64,000 bases of DNA from Planctomycetota bacterium (GTDB taxonomy: Bacteria; Planctomycetota; GCA-002687715; DRQF01), in the NCBI GenBank assembly GCA_027001995.1, contig JALTLO010000023.1, forward strand, positions 19,156 through 83,155, written 5' to 3'. The notes beneath the pieces are model-generated. The model saw only the letters and a list, made by a program, of their open reading frames with translations. It searched no databases and was not told the DNA's origin. Shown here in pieces: positions 27,306 through 36,900 of the stretch (position 1 is its first letter; every line of letters starts with the position of its first letter). The translations under genes were made by a program, and so were the position numbers.

Positions 27306-29852
27306 TTAATCTTCTGATGTTTTCTCCGGCGATGAATCCTTTGGAGTTGATTCTTCGCTGTTTTCAGCCAAATCTTCGGCTACATCATCGTCCGTTGCGA
27401 TGACCGCGCAGGCAACAAGGCGGTCTTCCCCCTTCATGCGCATCACGCGAACACCTTGAGTCGCTCGACCCACAGTGGAGATAGACTCCACCTTGGTACG
27501 CACAATCATGCCACCCTCGGAGATAAGCATGATGCCATCATCATCGGCCACCGACAGCACACTAACCACACTGCCATTGCGTTCGCTGGTCTTGATGTTT
27601 CGTACGCCGCTTCCCCCGCGACTTTGAATGCGATATTCACCAAAAGGTGTCTTCTTGCCGTAGCCACGTTCACAAAGAGTGAGCAAAGTTCGGCCTTCTT
27701 CGACTTTGACCATGCCCACGACCCGATCACCTTCGGATTTAAACTTGATACCCCGGACACCCCGAGCAGTTCGGCCCATAGGACGAGCATCTTGCTCATT
27801 GAACCGAATCGACTGTCCGTGGGCTGTGGCGATGATCACCTCGTCATTACCGTCCGTGATGACGGCCCGAACCAATCGGTCACCTTCGTTGAGGCTACAG
27901 GCAATAATGCCAGCAGTCCGCACGTTGGAGAACGCCGAAAGGGCTGTCTTTTTGATGTTGCCCTGCTCAGTCACCAGCATGAGATAGCGATCATCGTCAA
28001 ATTCCCGCACTGGAATCATCGAGGTGATGTTCTCGTCTTCATCCAGTTGAAGGAGATTCACCAGACTGCGACCGCGGCTTGTGCGCGACACTTCAGGAAT
28101 GTGATAGACCTTCAACCAATGCAACTTGCCCTTATCTGTGAAGAACAAGAAGTAGTCCTTAGTCATGGCCACAATGACGCGCTCAAGGAAGTCACCATCT
28201 TTCAGGTCAGCCCCTGCAACGCCGGTGCCGCCACGCCCCTGACTCTTATAGACATGGGGTGGTGTACGTTTGACGTAACCACTGTGGCTAACTGTGACGA
28301 CGGCTTCTTCATCCGCAATGAGCGATTCGTCAGCGATTTCCGTATCAATCATCTCGATCCGGGTGCGACGCTCATCACCATACTTGGCTTTGATCTGCTC
28401 CAGATCATCAATGATCATTCGATGGACAATAGTGATATCGCCAAGGATCTCTCGATAGTAGCGTATCTCTTCCAAGAGGTTCTGATATTCCTCTTCAAGC
28501 TTTGTGACTTCCAAGCCCGTCAAACGTGACAAACGCATGGCCAAAATAGCGTCAGCTTGGCGCTTCGAAAGCTCGAATCGGGCCATTAAGGCATCCCGAG
28601 CCGAATCTGGGCTGTCTGATTCTTTGATGATCTTGACAACTTCATCGATGTTTTGGACTGCGATTCGCAATCCTTCAACGATATGGCAACGATCTTGAGC
28701 CTTCCTCAACAAGAATCGCGTTCGCCGGTGAATCACGTCAACACGATGGTCTCGGTAAGCTACAAAGAACTCTTTCAGTTGGAAGGTCTTGGGGCGGCCC
28801 TTGTCCAGCGCCAACATGATAATCGAGAAAGACGATTGAAGAGGTGTGTGCTTATAAAGCTGATTCACGATCAAGTCAGCGTTCTCACCCTTCTTGATGT
28901 CCAAAACCAAACGCATACCTGCACGGCGATCCGTCTCGTCGTTCGCTCGCACCACACCCTTGATCACACCATCTGCCATCAAGTCCTTGAGGCGCTCAAA
29001 GATCGAATTCGGGTTAACCTGGTAGGGCAGCTCGCTAATCACGATACTTTGACGATCCCCACCTCGGTCTTCAATCTCCACTGTTCCACGAACAGTCACT
29101 TGACCTCGGCCAGTCTTATAAGCTTTCAGAATGCCATTGCGGCCGCAAATAACACCCCCGGTAGGAAAGTCTGGGCCCTGACAGATGGACATAAGCTCCA
29201 GAAGTTCGATTTCTGGATTGTTGATGGTGGCAATGATGGCGTCGGCCACCTCAGTCAAGTTGTGAGGCGGAATGCTCGTGGCCATACCAACAGCAATCCC
29301 CTGAGAACCATTACACAGGAGGTTGGGGAATCGTCCGGGAAGCACAGTGGGCTCTAAGCGGGTATCGTCGTAATTCGGAACGAACTCCACGGTGTCCCGA
29401 TTCAGATCATCGAGCAACTCGGCGGCAGGAGCCCGCATGCGCGCTTCTGTGTAACGCATGGCAGCGGGAGGTGAACCATCCACGTAGCCAAAGTTCCCCT
29501 GGGGGTCGATCAACTGATAGCGCATGTTGAAGGCCTGAGCCAAACGCACCAACGTCGGATAGGCCGCCTGGTCACCATGGGGATGGTAGTTACCCGTGGT
29601 GTCACCAATGATCTTAGCGCACTTTCTGAATTTGGACCGTGGACCCAAATTGAGATCGTTCATCGCCACCAAGATGCGGCGCTGAGAAGGTTTCAAGCCG
29701 TCTCGTACATCCGGCAAAGCGCGCTGAATAATCACGCTCATGGCGTACGAGAGATAAGACTCCTTCATCTCCTCTTCGAGCTCTTGCTCGCGGACATTTC
29801 CACGGAGATCAGGGATATCCTGCTTGTTTGGCCTAGGGGTTTTGCTTGCCAT
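27306..29852 (-). CDS. gyrA: DNA gyrase subunit A
   Basis: N-terminal YAMSVIIQRALPDVRDGLKPSQRRIL with the active-site Tyr region. The C-terminal beta-pinwheel repeats include a GyrA-box-like QGRGGTG. 848 aa. Confidence 0.95.
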   Translation of the reverse strand: MASKTPRPNKQDIPDLRGNVREQELEEEMKESYLSYAMSVIIQRALPDVRDGLKPSQRRILVAMNDLNLGPRSKFRKCAKIIGDTTGNYHPHGDQAAYPTLVRLAQAFNMRYQLIDPQGNFGYVDGSPPAAMRYTEARMRAPAAELLDDLNRDTVEFVPNYDDTRLEPTVLPGRFPNLLCNGSQGIAVGMATSIPPHNLTEVADAIIATINNPEIELLELMSICQGPDFPTGGVICGRNGILKAYKTGRGQVTVRGTVEIEDRGGDRQSIVISELPYQVNPNSIFERLKDLMADGVIKGVVRANDETDRRAGMRLVLDIKKGENADLIVNQLYKHTPLQSSFSIIMLALDKGRPKTFQLKEFFVAYRDHRVDVIHRRTRFLLRKAQDRCHIVEGLRIAVQNIDEVVKIIKESDSPDSARDALMARFELSKRQADAILAMRLSRLTGLEVTKLEEEYQNLLEEIRYYREILGDITIVHRMIIDDLEQIKAKYGDERRTRIEMIDTEIADESLIADEEAVVTVSHSGYVKRTPPHVYKSQGRGGTGVAGADLKDGDFLERVIVAMTKDYFLFFTDKGKLHWLKVYHIPEVSRTSRGRSLVNLLQLDEDENITSMIPVREFDDDRYLMLVTEQGNIKKTALSAFSNVRTAGIIACSLNEGDRLVRAVITDGNDEVIIATAHGQSIRFNEQDARPMGRTARGVRGIKFKSEGDRVVGMVKVEEGRTLLTLCERGYGKKTPFGEYRIQSRGGSGVRNIKTSERNGSVVSVLSVADDDGIMLISEGGMIVRTKVESISTVGRATQGVRVMRMKGEDRLVACAVIATDDDVAEDLAENSEESTPKDSSPEKTSED

Positions 29853-30021
29853 GGGGAGGGCCGCTCTTCTTGCGTTCTAAACTACTGTGATTGCAAGCTT
29901 TATGTAGCTCGACTAAGGGGGCCGCGCGACCCTCTTTTCATCAAGGATATTGTAACCAATTCCGCCTATCCTTCAACCCGGCCCAAGTGGCCGCAAATCG
30001 TTGAAAAATCGAGGCTTAGAG

Positions 30022-31971
30022 TCACTTCCTGGGGTTCGTGTTCGGCCGCAGTAAGTTCTTTAATTGACCCAGTGCTGCTCGTTTCCAACCGGCTTGCAAC
30101 TTCTCAACCTCGAGGGCCGCGGAATCAACGGAGTCACCCGCCGATAGGGAACGATCCAAAGAGCGAAGGAAGTCCATTTCCGGCCCTTCTCCCCTGGGCA
30201 AATCTTGAGGAAAAACCGCTGGAGGCAATGCCCCCAATCGTCGAGCCATGATCTCAATGGCGGTTAAGAGCTGAATGTCCCGTTTCTCGTCCTCGATTTG
30301 CGGATCTCCAGGGGCCAAAGCCTCCACCTCATCAAGCTCCACTTCTGCCCGCCTCCGCTCTCGCTGCAACCGAGGCCAGTCTCCTGTGGCTGCGGCCAAG
30401 TAAGCGCTCAAGATTGACGTGTTGTAGGTAAAAATGGGCGTCGTATAGTCATCCCGGTGACGCCTCATCTCCTTAACCATCAAGCCAGCCTCGGAGAAGT
30501 CCTCCTCTTTCAAGGCTTGGATGGCTCGTGTTTGCCACAAAGTGGCATGAATCATGTATCCCGGGTCGACAATACCCCCATCCAACTCATCTTTGAATTC
30601 GACCATCAGGGCCGCCGCCCGGTCCCCATCATCCGTGGATGCCGCCTCCATCGCACCGGCCCGCAGCGCTCCCACCTGAAACTCATAAGGCAAGGTGTTG
30701 AGCCACATGAAGAGCGGCACCACCAAAAACACAACGATGATCGTTTTCACTCGGCGCATGCGAGCCCGAAACATTTGTGCCAGAGCAGGCTCCTTAAAGT
30801 ACAGACCCAGGAAGTGAATTCGATTCTCGATACTGGGATGAACCAGACCTCCGTCCTTGAGGCGTTTGGGGTAAAGGCGTCCCAGAGTCTCCAAAGAACG
30901 TTTAATGGGTCCTTCGTCTCCCAGGGTTTCACCTGCAAAAGTATCAGCTTCCGACTCAAATGCTTTCGCCACCGGCGAAAAGATAAAAAAGATGAAAAAG
31001 GGATAGAGAAAAATGAGGGCCCACGATGATTCTGCCAATGGATCTGGATCGATAGACACATGCATGAACAAGGATAGCCCCAAAAACATGGCCATATTGA
31101 GCAGGATATGCCCGCGCTTAGAATGCCCCATTTCGTGGGCAAACACCCCAGCCAAATCCTCTTCACTTAGCCTCGTCAAAATAGCATCCGTCAGAAAGAC
31201 GTAACGAAGCCGACCCAAGACACCAACAAACATGGCGTTGACCACCCGGTTGTGAGTTTGAGCCACCCGAATATCAAGAAAACGAAAATTGCCACGTTTA
31301 GCGATTTCTTCAAACCGCGTGCGCATAGGCCCCGGGGGCATCGATTGACTGCCAAGGGCCAGCCTCACCAAGAACGGCGAAAAGGTCACAATTAAAACCG
31401 TGAATCCCAAGGAGATCAGCAACTCAAGACTGGGGTAGGCAGCCATCAAAAAACGAGTTTCACCGTGGGTGGCCAACCAGGTCGTGATACTAAAAATCAA
31501 ACAAGGCAACAGAGGAACAATGAAAACGCGGTAGTTAAATTTGAAATAGGATGCCAACGGCCAGGGCTGGATTCGTTGGCCCTCGTCAACGCGCCAGCGG
31601 TGATAAAGTGCCGAGGCATGCATGGCAAACCAAGGAAGAATGAGCCCAACAGCAGGCAAGAAAAACATGTCTCCCAAGCCCAAGTCAACTTGAATAATAC
31701 GGTTCCATCCGTAGTGCAGAATGGCGTAAAATGCCAACTGGTGAATGAATACGACGGTCCAGGGGCTTGGGCCGATCTTGCGCACTGGGCCATCTATGGA
31801 TGCTCTTTCCCAGGCCAAGCGCTTGTTAGCCATGCGGCGATGAAAAACTTCGAGAGCCAAGAGTAAGCCGATAGGAACCAAGAACGGAGGCTCGTACACC
31901 TCTCCGTCTTGGGGGCCATAACTGGCAACTTGAAGAGCCGCCATGAGAAATCCTGCGATCCCTGCGATCAT
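30022..31971 (-). CDS. M48-family (HtpX/Ste24-like) membrane zinc metalloprotease with an extended C-terminal soluble domain
   Basis: HEMGHSKRGH (HExxH) lies within a polytopic membrane region with a downstream E. 649 aa. Confidence 0.65.
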   Translation of the reverse strand: MIAGIAGFLMAALQVASYGPQDGEVYEPPFLVPIGLLLALEVFHRRMANKRLAWERASIDGPVRKIGPSPWTVVFIHQLAFYAILHYGWNRIIQVDLGLGDMFFLPAVGLILPWFAMHASALYHRWRVDEGQRIQPWPLASYFKFNYRVFIVPLLPCLIFSITTWLATHGETRFLMAAYPSLELLISLGFTVLIVTFSPFLVRLALGSQSMPPGPMRTRFEEIAKRGNFRFLDIRVAQTHNRVVNAMFVGVLGRLRYVFLTDAILTRLSEEDLAGVFAHEMGHSKRGHILLNMAMFLGLSLFMHVSIDPDPLAESSWALIFLYPFFIFFIFSPVAKAFESEADTFAGETLGDEGPIKRSLETLGRLYPKRLKDGGLVHPSIENRIHFLGLYFKEPALAQMFRARMRRVKTIIVVFLVVPLFMWLNTLPYEFQVGALRAGAMEAASTDDGDRAAALMVEFKDELDGGIVDPGYMIHATLWQTRAIQALKEEDFSEAGLMVKEMRRHRDDYTTPIFTYNTSILSAYLAAATGDWPRLQRERRRAEVELDEVEALAPGDPQIEDEKRDIQLLTAIEIMARRLGALPPAVFPQDLPRGEGPEMDFLRSLDRSLSAGDSVDSAALEVEKLQAGWKRAALGQLKNLLRPNTNPRK

Positions 31972-32855
31972 CCTAAAACCTTCTTCGTTGTGACGAAATG
32001 CAACTTCGCAACTTGTTCCAAAACACCTTCACCTTTAACCTTCACCAATCTCTTGGCTGTGGCATCTACATTGCCTCCTGCACCCTTCGGCAAGGTCAAA
32101 TCAAACTCCCGACCCAGAAAAAACAGACTACGGTGAAATGCTTCGCTGGCTAAGATCGAGGCCGCTCCCACTGCCGGAATAGACTCGGCTTTTGTTCTGA
32201 GGACAAGCTCCGCAGCCCGGCCTTTTTCTTTTAGCCCCCGGCGAAACGGGGCCTCGTTGCAAAACTTGTCAACGACAATTGTCTTGGCATCCGTCTTCTC
32301 CAAGACACACTCCAAGGCTGTGCCATGAGCCCACGCCAAGAGTGTGTTCAGATTGCCAAACTTGCGGTAGAGTTGATTGTATTTTACCGGCCCAATGACC
32401 ACCACTTCGTGGGGCAAGTGCTCTTTGATCAGTTTCGATGTTTTCTCAATATGGCTGCGAGAAAGCTTCTTGCTATCCCCCAACTTTGCTGCTTCCATGA
32501 CACTGGCATACTCGGGACCATAAGCCACAGCAGCCACCACCAGGGGGCCGAAATAATCTCCCTTTCCAGATTCATCGGAGCCAACAACCGTACTAGAAAA
32601 TTCGAGAATCGCTTCTTCTTGCGCTTTCTGTTTGGGGGCCTGGCCTTCATGGTCGGCAAGGTAGTGGGCGACAAACATGTCCGTGCCTTTCCCTTGAACA
32701 ACGCACTTGCCAGAATTGTAGAGGGTAACAGAAACCCCCTCCCCTTTGGCCCCAAAGCGAGCGTAGTCCACCGCCCGAAATTCGAAATCGCCACCATGAA
32801 CCGCCTGCTCCAAGCTGTCCATTTCGGAACTGGTCAATTTTGCAACAAACGTCAT
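31968..32855 (-). CDS. rnhC: ribonuclease HIII
   Basis: 295 aa. An N-terminal non-catalytic domain precedes the RNase HII/HIII catalytic core with VVGSDESGKGDYFGPLVVAAV. The size fits HIII rather than HII. Confidence 0.65.
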   Translation of the reverse strand: MTFVAKLTSSEMDSLEQAVHGGDFEFRAVDYARFGAKGEGVSVTLYNSGKCVVQGKGTDMFVAHYLADHEGQAPKQKAQEEAILEFSSTVVGSDESGKGDYFGPLVVAAVAYGPEYASVMEAAKLGDSKKLSRSHIEKTSKLIKEHLPHEVVVIGPVKYNQLYRKFGNLNTLLAWAHGTALECVLEKTDAKTIVVDKFCNEAPFRRGLKEKGRAAELVLRTKAESIPAVGAASILASEAFHRSLFFLGREFDLTLPKGAGGNVDATAKRLVKVKGEGVLEQVAKLHFVTTKKVLG

Positions 32856-33115
32856 GTCTCGAGTCCAAAACCCTACTTGGCACGCATACCCGTCAATCCT
32901 GAGGCTACCTCGTGGTTTCTGAGGCTATTAAAGACGAAAAAGAACCACAGGAGGCCAATCAGAGTAACAACCCCTCTGGCTGATGCCGCATCCAACTGAT
33001 TCATTTGGGAGAATGCCAGAGTTTTCATGGCGGAACACCGCCCTTCGTGGTCATTCTTTCGGGAAGAACACAATTTACTCCATATATATCCTTGCCCCAT
33101 GATTGACGATTTAGT

Positions 33116-33514
33116 TTGATCAACAGAGGGGATTTCTGGAGACTCACGGGCATGAGAATCAACGATACCAGCAACGACGTGGAGATCCTGGTCGAAATGG
33201 GCAAAAGGATGCGCAATCAACGCCTCCTATTAGGTCTAACTCAGGCTGGACTTGCCGTTTCTGCCGGTGTCTCCAAGCGCACCATTGAGCGCTTAGAAAG
33301 TGGAGCCTCTGTCCAAGTCTCAAGTCTTATTCGTTTATTCCGTAGCTTGGGCCTCACCAAACACTTAGATCAGACTGTGCCGGAAATTGATGAAGACCGG
33401 AAAGAGCTCAAGAATCGCCAAGGTGTGGTCAGACGGCGGGCAACATCAAGGACCCATCGCCAGCCTCCAGTTGATCTATCCGAAGGAGAGCAAGATCAGA
33501 ATTCCCCAGGTTAG
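33116..33514 (+). CDS. XRE-family helix-turn-helix transcriptional regulator
   Basis: LLLGLTQAGLAVSAGVSKRTIERLESG is a canonical Cro/C1-type HTH. The start codon is uncertain (Met at 33116, 33152 or 33197). Confidence 0.6.
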   Translation: MINRGDFWRLTGMRINDTSNDVEILVEMGKRMRNQRLLLGLTQAGLAVSAGVSKRTIERLESGASVQVSSLIRLFRSLGLTKHLDQTVPEIDEDRKELKNRQGVVRRRATSRTHRQPPVDLSEGEQDQNSPG

Positions 33515-33525
33515 ACGAGAAGGCT

Positions 33526-34542
33526 GTGCCACAACATAATAGGAGACCCAGGGGCAAGAATCCCAAGGCCATGGGCTGTTGGGGGCTATTCCTATTGCTG
33601 TCTTGTTTCTTGACAAACATCTGTGTTGCTCAAGAAGAACTAACTGGGAAGGGCATTGTGGTTACTTTTCCCAAGGGCATGGAGGGAGCAGCTCAGCGGG
33701 TGCTGCGAACCTACAACAACCTGAAACGAGACTGCGAGGTTAAGCTGGGCTACCGTTACAATAGGGATGTCGAGGTTTTCCTGTGCCGCGACCACGATTC
33801 TTTCAATAGGCGGATCGTCGCTTTAGGAGGGCGGAAGAAGCCCCAACACATCGCCGCGGTGGCTTTCTCCCTTGCAGATGTCATTGTCCTGAAGTCAGCG
33901 GCGTGGATCAAAGCCCAACCAGGTGAATTCAAAACCATATTTCAGCACGAGATTTCTCATTGCCTCTTGGGATATATACGTCGGCGACACCGAGGCATGG
34001 ATCTCCCACGGTGGTTCGACGAAGGGATCGCACAATGGGTGAGCGAAGGCTTGTTCCATGGGAAAAGTGTGCAACTTCACCAAGCCCTCCGGGCCGATGC
34101 ATGGATTCCTTTTGACCAACTAAACCAGAGGTTTCCTGAGCAGGAAGGGGCATCGGCCTTAGCATACGCCCAGAGTGAAAGCATGGTCCGCTTCATTGCT
34201 GAATACAACGATCCCAACCTGAAGAAAGCCAACATTCATGGCATTCTCCTTCGACTCGTGGAGCGGGATTCTTTTGACAAGGCCCTCTTCGCCGTAACCG
34301 GCCTACATCTGAGTGGGCTGGAATCTGCGTGGAGCCGACAAGAGCGATCATCGGCCCCCTTCCCGCTCACACTCTTTCCTGATGCCATTTTCGCCATCAC
34401 CATTGTGGTCTTGGCCCTCTTAGCTTTTGCCAACTATCGAGGCCGTCGAAACCGAAGATTGGTCCAAATGGACGAAGAAGAATCTCAATGGGCCCATGGG
34501 AATCCTCAGGAAACCGAAGAAGAACGGGATGATATGGGATAA
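33526..34542 (+). CDS. predicted secreted/membrane-anchored HExxH zinc metallopeptidase-like protein
   Basis: Signal peptide (MGCWGLFLLLSCFL), then HEISHCLLGY (HExxH) with a downstream Glu (FDEGIAQW), and a C-terminal TM (AIFAITIVVLALLAF). Family not identified. Confidence 0.45.
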   Translation: MPQHNRRPRGKNPKAMGCWGLFLLLSCFLTNICVAQEELTGKGIVVTFPKGMEGAAQRVLRTYNNLKRDCEVKLGYRYNRDVEVFLCRDHDSFNRRIVALGGRKKPQHIAAVAFSLADVIVLKSAAWIKAQPGEFKTIFQHEISHCLLGYIRRRHRGMDLPRWFDEGIAQWVSEGLFHGKSVQLHQALRADAWIPFDQLNQRFPEQEGASALAYAQSESMVRFIAEYNDPNLKKANIHGILLRLVERDSFDKALFAVTGLHLSGLESAWSRQERSSAPFPLTLFPDAIFAITIVVLALLAFANYRGRRNRRLVQMDEEESQWAHGNPQETEEERDDMG

Positions 34543-34665
34543 AATCCCCATTTTGACCCAAAATCTGCCCTCGGATATCACAACCACCCAAAAACAAGGT
34601 GATATCTGGGTTGAATCACCCACCGGAACATACACAACTCGCGCGGCTCGCTAAGGGAGAACATC

Positions 34666-36396
34666 TTGGCTATGATGTCCGCGCGTACCCATCGCGCCCA
34701 GTCCAACGTGAGAAAAAGAATGAATAGAAGAATCGCAAGCACCATTTTCTTGGTTGTCTTCGTGCTTTGCCTGAGTCACATGACCAAGGCACAAGTGACC
34801 ACGGCTGTGACCATCAATGGAGCAGCACCGGGAGACCTACTCGGAGACTCTGTCGGTTGTGCTGGAGATGTCAATGGCGATGGGTTCGACGACATCATCG
34901 TTGGAAGCCCCCGAAACGACGCAAACGGCACAAACGCCGGGCAGATTCAAGTGGTATCAGGCTTCGACAACACCATTCTATTCACCATCAATGGGCCAGC
35001 AGCCAATGACAATTTTGGCAAAGCCGTCGCTGGCGCTGGTGATGTAAACGGAGACGGATTCGCCGACTTCGTAGTCGGTGCCCCCTTTCATGACACAGGA
35101 GGCGCCAATTCCGGAAGGCTCTTTGTCTACTCGGGAGTCGATGGCAGCCAGCTCTACTTCTTCTCCGGCGACAACTTCAACGATCAGATGGGGGCCAGTG
35201 TAAGTGGAGCAGGTGATGTGAATGGGGATGGCTTTGACGACATCATTGCAGGAGCCCCGGGAGACGACAATAACGGGACGAGCTCCGGGTCGTCACGGGT
35301 TTTCTCCGGGGCAGACGGCTCCATCCTCTACACCTTCGACGGTGACACCGCCCACGACACCATGGGATTCTCGGTGGGCCAAGCCGGTGACACCAACGGA
35401 GATGGTTTTGACGATGTCATCGTCGGCATCTGGTCGGACGACGACAACGGCACCAATTCAGGAAGTGCTCGGATCTTCTCCGGGGCGGATGGCTCCATCC
35501 TACTGATGATCAATGGTGACAACATCGGCGATGAATTGGGACGATCTGTTGCTGGGGCTGGCGATGTGAATCGCGACGGCTTTGATGATGTCATCGTCGG
35601 AGCTCCCAACGATGACAACTTGGGCAACAATTCAGGCAGTGCCCGGGTGATTTCTGGTGCCGATGGCGCTGTTCTTTACGTCTTCAACGGAACCTCCTCT
35701 GTCGACCTCTTCGGGACCAGCGTTGGGGGGGCTGGGGACTTCAATGGAGACGGTTATGCCGATCTCGTGGTTGGAATGCCCTTGGAAGACAATGGTGCAG
35801 CCAACACTGGCACAGTTCAGGTATTCTCTGGGGCCGACGGATCCATCCTTGCCCAAGTCGATGGATCTAACAGCGGCGACTTCTTAGGAGCTGCCACTGC
35901 CAGCGCAGGAGACTTCAATGGCGATGGGTTCGGCGACATTGTGATTGGCAACTCTCTCAATGACAGCAATGGTGCCGACTCTGGACAAGCGCGGGTTTTT
36001 CTGTCCCCAACCCTCCCTGTCCTCAACTACGTCACCCAAAGCAGCGAGATTCATGGTCTGAGAATGGAATGGTTCCCCACTGGAGGAAACAACCAAGCCC
36101 TCTCGGGCAACCTTCTTATTAGCCAAGGAACCCCTGGTGGCCTTGGTGAATTGGGAATTAGCCTAGCGCCCGCAGATATCGTCTTGTTCGGTTTTCTTCC
36201 TCTTTTGATCGCCATTGACTCCACCAACGTCATCTCCGATCAGTTCTTCGGATTCGATGCCAACGGTGAATTGACTTTGGCCAATCTAACGAGACAAAGT
36301 CCCTTCTTGGCTGGCACACTCATTTACATTCAGAGCTACGAGATCAGCCCGATCTTCAAGAGCTCCAACGGCCTTCGATCACTGTTGACTATGTAG
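34666..36396 (+). CDS. FG-GAP (integrin-alpha beta-propeller) repeat protein, secreted
   Basis: Signal peptide plus seven tandem ~57-aa repeats, each with the calcium-binding loop GDVNGDGFDDIIVGAP. Confidence 0.8.
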   Translation: MAMMSARTHRAQSNVRKRMNRRIASTIFLVVFVLCLSHMTKAQVTTAVTINGAAPGDLLGDSVGCAGDVNGDGFDDIIVGSPRNDANGTNAGQIQVVSGFDNTILFTINGPAANDNFGKAVAGAGDVNGDGFADFVVGAPFHDTGGANSGRLFVYSGVDGSQLYFFSGDNFNDQMGASVSGAGDVNGDGFDDIIAGAPGDDNNGTSSGSSRVFSGADGSILYTFDGDTAHDTMGFSVGQAGDTNGDGFDDVIVGIWSDDDNGTNSGSARIFSGADGSILLMINGDNIGDELGRSVAGAGDVNRDGFDDVIVGAPNDDNLGNNSGSARVISGADGAVLYVFNGTSSVDLFGTSVGGAGDFNGDGYADLVVGMPLEDNGAANTGTVQVFSGADGSILAQVDGSNSGDFLGAATASAGDFNGDGFGDIVIGNSLNDSNGADSGQARVFLSPTLPVLNYVTQSSEIHGLRMEWFPTGGNNQALSGNLLISQGTPGGLGELGISLAPADIVLFGFLPLLIAIDSTNVISDQFFGFDANGELTLANLTRQSPFLAGTLIYIQSYEISPIFKSSNGLRSLLTM

Positions 36397-36435
36397 GGCG
36401 ACACCGAAAGAACTTGGCAGCCTTCAGGATAAAAC

Positions 36436-36472
36436 AGAGACCCCGTGTTCATATGTTGAACACGGGGTCTCT
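36436..36472. repeat. perfect 16-bp-arm inverted repeat (agagaccccgtgttca-tatgt-tgaacacggggtctct)
   Basis: Seen directly in the sequence 40 nt downstream of the FG-GAP gene stop. It has no adjacent T-tract, so it is not a textbook intrinsic terminator. Confidence 0.6.
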
Positions 36473-36900
36473 TAGCTCAGCAACCTGGCCTCTCGCTCTC
36501 TCAACCAGAGTCGAGCCGAGGCAAATGGGTTTTTGGGTCCGTCGATTCGGCCCGGCGCGAGGAGGCCGAATCGGGGACCACTCAAAGAAACGGCTTCAGC
36601 TAGAGTCCGGGGTCAGAGAAAGCAAAAAGATGCGAACTTCCGGCAGCTGTCACGAGGAAGGAAAGTGCCCTCCCCATGGACTAAAGTTGGTTTGGTGCTG
36701 CATTTAGCTAGATCAAGAAATGAGACCCCAGATCTCCTTCTGTCTCGGAAAATTCCTGATTCCTTCAGACATAGGAATTCAACGAGTGCTGCACCCACAG
36801 TTGAGCCTCTGAGTTTGCCCAAACGCAAACAAAGAAGGCCACGTCCAAGAGGTGGAATGGGTGGTGGTGATAGGGGCTTTGACCCCCGGGGGAGCGTTCC

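Noticed and set aside
27456-29357. Long plus-strand ORFs (357 aa and 234 aa) running antisense through gyrA
   Set aside because: They lie entirely inside a very confident minus-strand gyrA. They are Ser/His/Thr-rich low-complexity translations typical of shadow frames in GC-rich coding DNA.
34860-36000. Repetitive DNA within 34.8-36.0 kb; considered a possible CRISPR or tandem non-coding repeat
   Set aside because: The repeats are in-frame ~171-nt coding repeats of an FG-GAP protein with variable spacers in the same ORF. There is no CRISPR-like short repeat/spacer periodicity and no cas genes.
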